Part shown: piece by piece, positions 56,385-64,000 of the stretch
How the letters are laid out: the number at the start of each line of letters is the position of its first letter
Numbering within the stretch: the first letter of the stretch is position 1
NCBI GenBank assembly: GCA_000165425.1
Contig: CT868046.1
Span: forward strand, 124,001-188,000
Direction: 5' to 3'
Length of the DNA stretch: 64,000 bases
From: Paramecium tetraurelia
Lineage: Eukaryota
Program-made: the position numbers and the translations under genes
The notes under the pieces: model-generated
Database searches by the model: none
What the model was told of the DNA's origin: nothing
What the model saw: the letters and a program-made list of their open reading frames with translations, nothing else

Positions 56385-57061
56385 TTATTTTAATTATTCA
56401 AATCAGCCATGTTCAATTTATAATTAAATAATATTGGATAACATAATCAACAAGAAATTAATATATTAATAATTCTATATTATTATAAATTATAATACAT
56501 AATTGAAACACCCTAGTATTTTTAGAAAAATCCTAATCATCGAAATAATTTGGATTTGTAATTCAAGAATATAATTTATTTAATGTGAATTCAAAACATT
56601 ACTTACATAATATTAATTAATTAATTGGAAAAAATGGGTACGTTGCTCAAAAAAATGAATGAATTATTTGGGGATATAAAAGAATATAATAAATATGAAA
56701 CATAATATTGTACTTTTTACATATTTTTCCCTATTATGCAATCGTATCAAGTATTAAGAATTGAGTGAATATTGATAAATCTTCAATTAGTATTTATTAT
56801 AATAATTTACTTTTTATAGTTGTTTTTTATCTTATGCTAATCATTTTATGTGGTTTCTACTTTTTTGAGACTCAATTTATCAGTAGTTCGAGATATTTTA
56901 TATTGATATTTATCATTTGAATAAATAGGAAAATAAAATAATATAATATATCTTAAATTTTAAAATATTTAAATTCATTATAAAATAATCATGCAATCCA
57001 AATTAAAATCAACCAATTTTTATATCATACTTAATTTCAAAAAAATAATAGGTTTTTAGCA

Positions 57062-58084
57062 ATGAATAAATTAAAACAAGAATATTAAACTAAAGAAGAT
57101 TCCAAGAATAATAAGACAACTAATAATCAAATCAATCTAAGCGTTGAGAAATAACTATCCAAAATTTACAAATAAAAAGATAATTGCATGTTGTGTATTT
57201 CATGTTAATAAGATATTATGAGACAGAACATATACAATCATATATTTGAACCATTACATATACTCAAACTCTAAGAATACTTTATCTAACAAAGTAGTAA
57301 TGCTTAAAATAAAAGAGAAAAGATTTAGAAAAAAGTTGATCGTAAAACTCAGTCTTTTCAGACTTAATATATCAAAAACGAATAAATAGGGAAGGAAGAT
57401 AAAAAACACTAAACAATTGAGATTCCATAAATAGATCAAGAACTTAATTAGAATATTAATAGAAATCAGATTGAAAGGTTTGTAGAAATCTTATAATATG
57501 ATTTGAAATGTATTGGTAAAATATAATTATCACTTATTGTGTCAATATTGGTTAAAACTTATTGCACAATAAACGAAATAATAGAAATGAAGTTCTCCCA
57601 AATTTTAGATAAATGTACTTTTTATTATATCAATATTAATAATTCTTGGGAAAAGAGTTACTTAATTCTAAAATAGAGGTTTCCAGAGTATTTATAAGAC
57701 TTTATGAGTAGGAATTTAGGATCCAATAAACATTTAATTAAATTATTAGGATAAAATAAGAGATAGACTTTAAGTAAAGAATTATGGCTCAGCTGTAATA
57801 AAATATAGTCCCAAACTACTGATGCAGAATATATTAGTTTTTTGTAGGGTTTAACTTTAAAAAAACTGAAAAAGATTTCCCTTGAGAAGATGGCAAAAAA
57901 GAATAAGATTCAAGTTTAAGATGAATAGATTACAAAGGAGATAACCCAAAAGAATTAAGCTTAATCAAAAAATCAAGATTTTTAGAAGATAGAATAGATA
58001 AAAAACCCAGAAAAAAAGTAGGCAATAAAAATAATAATTAAATAAAGATCCATTGAAAATTAGAAATAAGAATTGGTAGATTGA
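57062..58084 (+). CDS. 340-aa protein with C2H2 (U1/matrin-like) finger and possible degenerate tyrosine-recombinase-like domain
   Basis: Single open frame in code 6. Contains CISC-x11-H-x5-H, ILVKTYCTINEIIEMKFSQI and LQGLTLKKLKKISL. Confidence 0.6.
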
Positions 58085-58161
58085 CATAATGATATATTTA
58101 TTTCTATTTCAGAAATATTAAATTAATGAGGTACATTATATTATATGAAATATCTCTAATA

Positions 58162-61100
58162 TCAAACTCTATAGTGATACTTTATTAGTGGAAAATCGAC
58201 ACTTACTTCCTATCCATTTATCATTTAATAGGAATCCAAAATTACATCAAAACTGATTTCATCTTCTGGCAACTTTTCTTTCGATACTTTTGCATATAAA
58301 TCAGCACAGTCTTTCGTTAGTCTACAAGAATTACAAATATCTATACAATTCTTAAGACGATTTTTTAAATTTTGAATATATCAAATGCTGATTGAATCCT
58401 ATAATTTACACATTTACATTATATTTCTGTTCAAAATATTCTATAAGTCCCCCTACAGTCATTTTCTTATTAATCCTGATTCTATCCCAGGATGTCCAAT
58501 CTAAGGATTAATTAAATAATACTTTTAGGGACTGCAATAGTTCGATCAAGAAATTATTAATTAAATTCTTGATCCACATTTTAATATGGAGGCTTTGGTT
58601 AAGCAAAAATAAAAGTGGGTATGGCAAGATTAATATATGTATTTCTAATATATTTAATATTCTTTTATAGAATATTTTTGAGTATTTCAATTCCCACTAT
58701 TCCAGTTATAGCGGATTTGGTTGTTATCAATTAAGGAATGATACATTCAACTCTTTCTCTCACTTATTATCTAGATGCTGGTGGAATATTATAATTGATT
58801 CCTCTTAGATTAGCAGCAGATGTTATAAATTCCAATTCTACACAGCTTAGTTTATCCTTTTAGTAAGAAAATGGTCTAATTTATTGCATATTTAATATAT
58901 TCTCTTAAACTAGCTTCTCTAATTTAATCATACGCATATCATTCTCTTATTTAATTTCATTTTCATTAAATTACAAATTTTCAAATAATTCCTTGTTCTT
59001 ATTTATATCAATCGAACCAACAAGAAACGATATCTATTCTGAATCAAACTGTAATTGTTATCCAAGTATTTTTATAACTATTTTTACCACACTATGAATA
59101 AATTAACAATGAAGTGGATCAGTTGAATTAAATTCTATTGACATAGGTAATCTTCTAGGGTTTGTCCAAAATAATAATCCATTTTATTATAAAAAATCAG
59201 CTGGATATCTACTTAACAGATACTTTATCTTAACATCGAATAAGGAAGAAAACAATTCTTTTGCATATCTAACTAGGTTTTCTAAAGTAGGATTAATAAC
59301 TAATAATACGTATTTTTCAATCAATTCAAGTTGATCTTTTAAATAATCAATATAACGTTAATTTTAATTATAAACAGTGTTAAGAAATGTCTATGGGTTT
59401 TGTGATAATTAATATAAATCCTTTGAAGCTTTTTCGAATAGATTGTTGAAATATTCCAAAGCCCATTCAATATTATGATCTTTTGTATATGGAAAATTCA
59501 TGAATGTACTTTTAGGACTACTCATTTCTGGGCGATCCTTAAATTCGCTGAATGATTCTGTTTAATATGGAAGAATAACTTGAGAATGGCATTAAGTACC
59601 TTCAGATCCGCTTTCAAAATTAGGCTTACTATAATAACAGCATTAAGAATCCATGTAATGTCTTGCCCTAATATTATCAACAGCATTAACTGTAAAATCT
59701 ACTTAATTCCAGAATGATTAATTAAAAATTTGTTCACTTTCTTTTGACATCGCATATGGATATGCTTTGCATTAAATTGATTGATTAATCTAATTAATCA
59801 CAGCACAAGCAACATTAGCCTTATTTGAACCAATATGATGTTTACTAAATAAAAATTGCCTATTCAGATTTGACACTTCTATTTAATCATTATCAACAGT
59901 AATCAATGATCCTTTTTGTCCACTTCCAATCCCCATTAAAGAAAATATCTTAAGATATTCATTTCCTAAACCTCCAATACCCATCAATAAAACATTTTAA
60001 TTTTATAGCTTTTCCATTGTTTCTTATCCAAATATGGCATAATAATCATCATATTAACAATTCTTTGACTTTTTATTTACTTCTATTTCAGGAAGCGCCT
60101 CATAAAATTCTAAATGAAGCCATTATTTGATGGGTGTAAATTTCCCTGTAAATTTAATTACTTCAAATGCAACAAGTCCACCCCAAAATGATGTTAAAGG
60201 TGCAATTTGAGCTTATAAATGCTATGCAATATTTCTGATTAATTGAATATCTAACTAATATTGCTCTTTTGTTATTTTTAAAGCTAACTTCAATACTAAA
60301 TCTGCATCATCATGATTCAATAGATTTGGGAGCCTTCCATTTTGATTCATAAAAGTTAAGATCGAATTATATGAAATTTATAATTGTAGTGACCTGTCTA
60401 AATTATTTTTATTTTCAAAAGATAACATATTTTTAAATGATTTATATGACGTATTTTGGGGGAACTTTATTTATATTGCTTTTCCATTTCTTTAATATGC
60501 TTAAAACTTGGTTGTATCACCAATACTAAATCTATTAGGAGATAATGTCTAGATTTGAATATCGATTAATTACAATAATCTTAAAGACTGAATCATTTAC
60601 TTCAGTCATCCCTAACACTTCTTTGAATTATACATAATCTCCATCTTAAAGACCTTATATTGTATCAATTGTATGAACTACTCCATTCTGATTTTTTGTT
60701 ATTTCTTCTATTAAGTATTCTTTACATGTCTATCCATTATTATTTTCAATTACAAAATTCTAATAATACTCTTAATTTATGCTTACATCTGAAAAATCTA
60801 CAAATATTGATCCAAACAACCCAGAAGAATGAGCTAATATAAATCCATTTCCCTTTTTCCTTGTAGCTTCATTAATTTCAGAAATTAATTCTTAATCCCA
60901 CATGTCTGTCATTACAACAACCGAAAACTCACTTAAGTTTTACCCATTTATAATTCCATCATAGAGATCGACAATCACATTATCATTTAAAGCTTTTAAA
61001 GATTAAATAACAGCCTTCTCTCTTGTAACTTTATCAACTTAATTAGCATTAGCATAAAAATTTGTGCCCAGATCGGAAATAGATAGAATTGTTTTATCAT

Positions 61101-61300
61101 AAATCACAATTCTTTTCAAACCCATCAATATTAAATTTTTAGCGATCTCTAATCCTAACTACCTTATACTAATTTTATACTCCTCTTAATCCATAAATAA
61201 AGCAATCTAATTATTCTAATTTATCTTATGTATCCCATCCCAAAGCAGCTGCTTATCGTGAATAATATATTTCTTTTTCATATAAACTTTATTAGAACAT
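58162..61300 (-). CDS. Ubiquitin-activating enzyme E1 (UBA1-like) paralogue with Ser at the catalytic Cys position
   Basis: YYSRQ..LG...GLRG|LGLEIAKNLILMG; second adenylation domain LMGIGGLGNE..K..DND.IEVSNLNRQFLF..K; NAVDNIRAR.YMD..C...FESG; then DRPEMSSPKSTFMNFP...HNIEWA. Confidence 0.9.
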
Positions 61301-62202
61301 AAATATTATTTATATATATTATGTTATAATTTAATGATATTAATTATTAATTAAATTCCGTTATATGTTTATGATGATTCGAATATAAATCAATTAAATT
61401 TATATATTCACTCAACTTAGAAAACTTACATTATAAAATCAAAAAAAGTAAAATATAAGGCCTTTTAAGATTTTTAACATTGATTGCAAATTCTCAGCGA
61501 TACGTTAGGGTTCTCTATTATTTCTGTGAATTTAAACAATTATCACTGAAATTCATCAGTTTCAAGTAATTCAATAAAAAATCAAGGTTTAATAATATAA
61601 AATAATTATAAAGTTTTATTATTATTTATTATATATTATAACTAGAGAAAATAATTTCAGCATAGCCAATTTGTTAAAGCAAATTTTACTTGTTATTTAC
61701 TGAATCATAAAAATTTGTTTTAAAGTTGTATTTCTAAATGTTCACCATTAATGAGATTCTCTAGAGTCATTCCAAACAAGTTCGTTGTTTAAAATTAATA
61801 TTTTTAAATAAAATTAAAATTAACTCTTGAAATAGAAAAGATAAAAACTCTCAGCATCAATAAGGATAACCTATTCATAAATTGAAAACAAAGATATCAC
61901 CATTACACAGTTCTTTTTTCTTGAAATACATCCAAAAATATGAACAAACAATCCAAATTTCTAAAATTTTTGAAATATATATCATTTAAGGAGTTTTTAT
62001 ACTGATGAAAATCACATTATAATATAAAACACTATATAAAGTATCAAAAATTAACGCAGAGTCGATAATTATAAAAGAATAAGAAAAGCTGAATATCGAT
62101 TAGGGCAAATAAGAGGGTTGTATATGACAATTTTTTTAATTAAAACGAATTCAGGATTGCTAAATCTAAGTTTATGGAAGGAATTATTAATAATTATAAT
62201 AT

Positions 62203-63500
62203 ATGATATATTTAACTTCTCTCTATCTTTTAAATTCAGTATTGGGACAACTAACTTATGATTCTGGATTATTTTCTGGATTTAGTTCATCTTGTGCTAA
62301 TGGACGAATAGAAACTAAGACTATTTCATTTCATGGAATATTTGATAATATTCCTTAAGTTATATTGGGGCTTGAACATCTTGATATGTATTTTGGAGCA
62401 GATTTTAGAATTCAGACTCAAAACATTAAAAAGAATAGTAAAAAATTTGATTTATTTTAGGTTTTGACTTGCAAATTGAATGTTTAACAAGTACTACCTT
62501 ATGGACAATAAAGTATTATTGGTATGCAATCGATGATAGCAGAATCTAAGTCATAAATAACTTTAATATGGTGAATGTAAATGATAAAACATTCGATCAC
62601 TTGAATCCAAATGCTAATTATGGGATATTGTCTTTCATCAGCATGGGAGTGACAGGGAACGTTGATTTTAAGTTGTCAGTAAAAATGATGTAATTATTTA
62701 GATAACTTCAATTACTCCATCTTAGGTTTCAGTGGGCATCACTAAAGTCGCTGGAAAATTTACAAACTTAAACCAAATTGGATATTAAATTATATTGGGG
62801 ATTCAAGAAGCATTCTATGACACAAAAATACTAAAACATACAAGTGATTATGATAGTGGAACTGTTACTTAGCAATAAGATAGATGGCTATTTTTGGCTT
62901 ATAATGGACTACAATTAAGTTCAAGTTTCAGACAAAAATCTATTCGTACATAAGTTTCCAAATCCTACACAGTTGAGACATGTATACATTTTCAAATATT
63001 TAGGGTACGGTACCTACGTTGTGAATTATCACTTGAGTAGTTGGGTAGCCTATCAATATACAACCGAATTTAAGGCCTTTTTGTGTTTCACTTTAAGAAT
63101 ATCTTAATCTCTTGACATGGAAGTATCCTAAAAACCTTCTATATTTGTTGAAATCAGTGAATTAAATTAATCATTCTAATCATCATCATACTTATTACTT
63201 GAGAAAACAGTAAGCCTTTTAAGTTTCAAAATATATATGAAATGCGTTAAAACAAAGACAATTGTTAGTCAATTTCTTAAATGTTAGAATTGCTCAACCA
63301 GTAACAAATTTTACTTATTCTCGCATTATTGCCATGGTTAAATTGATGCAGTTACATATTTTCCAAAATTTTAATTGATTGAGTCTTCATATAAAGAATT
63401 AAACATTAATTTTTTAGTTGACAGGCTAACAATTACTTAAACCTTATTTAATTAAATTCAATCTATAGAAACACTTGTGGAAATAAAATTTAAAGTTTGA
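62203..63500 (+). CDS. Secreted protein with N-terminal H-type-lectin-like domain, several short introns
   Basis: Signal-like MIYLTSLYLLNSVLG. TISFHGIFDNIPQVILGLEHLDM..DFRI...GFDL...W.A matches the H-type lectin pattern. Ends ...IETLVEIKFKV*. Confidence 0.65.
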
Positions 63501-64000
63501 TATATATTCGAAATATTAATTTAATCATTATTGCTTTTCTATTAAAATAATTATTGCTTATGAATAAAAATATTTAGTAATTAAATATATTTACAATAAT
63601 TATTAAATACAAGGGTTGTTATAAATTTCAAAAATAAAATATATTATAATTTATAAGTAATTTGAACTTTTTATATATCTTTAACCAAAGTATAATTTAT
63701 TGATCAGAATCCAATATTCTCATCAATTTTACAAAGTTATCATAGAATGTATTTAAACTATCAAGTTGAAATTGGATATTAATTAATTAAATTATACCTC
63801 CAATGATAAAATAAGAACAAACTTTTCTTAAACTCCTTAGTTTGTTATTGTTTTAAGAATCATAAAATCAAACAAAGAATTTGATTTTATAATTATTCTA
63901 AATTTGTCATTAGATTCTTCCCTTTTGAATCATGCTTAATTCCTTTCTCTTCAATATCTTTTTGATTATCTAAGATTTGCTACTTATATTTATCAATCAA

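Noticed and set aside
3351..60842. Most short ORFs in the supplied track, including antisense ones
   Set aside because: They are fragments or off-frame/antisense shadows of long code-6 genes, produced by treating TAA/TAG as stops.
63600..64000. Possible partial minus-strand coding sequence
   Set aside because: No recognisable motif and the frame is uncertain at the window edge.

Overview
This is AT-rich, gene-dense eukaryotic DNA from a ciliate macronuclear chromosome, most likely Paramecium. TAA/TAG read as Gln, only TGA stops (translation table 6), and introns are tiny (about 22-32 nt, GT..AG). The supplied standard-code ORF track therefore fragments the long genes, so I re-translated by hand. 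About 15 genes are visible: LSM12-like; a small membrane protein; a small secreted protein; a ~7,580-aa secreted protein of 17 tandem ~425-aa units (two LamG/ConA-like domains each) broken by ten +1 single-base insertions; a putative Ig-fold (NDT80/CudA-like) transcription factor with polyQ; an EF-hand protein; a DWNN-RING-YTH fusion; a hypothetical protein; VPS13 with an internal PH domain; Fused/STK36 kinase; a secreted beta/gamma-crystallin-like protein; a decayed WD40 gene; a 2,299-aa Cys-rich multi-pass surface protein; a zinc-finger protein with a possible dead tyrosine-recombinase fold; a UBA1-like E1 with Ser in place of the catalytic Cys; and an H-type lectin-like protein. The most interesting candidates are the RBBP6/Mpe1-like protein fused to a YTHDC-type m6A reader, the pseudo-E1, and the giant repeat protein. 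Domain calls come from recalled motifs, not database searches, and novelty could not be checked.
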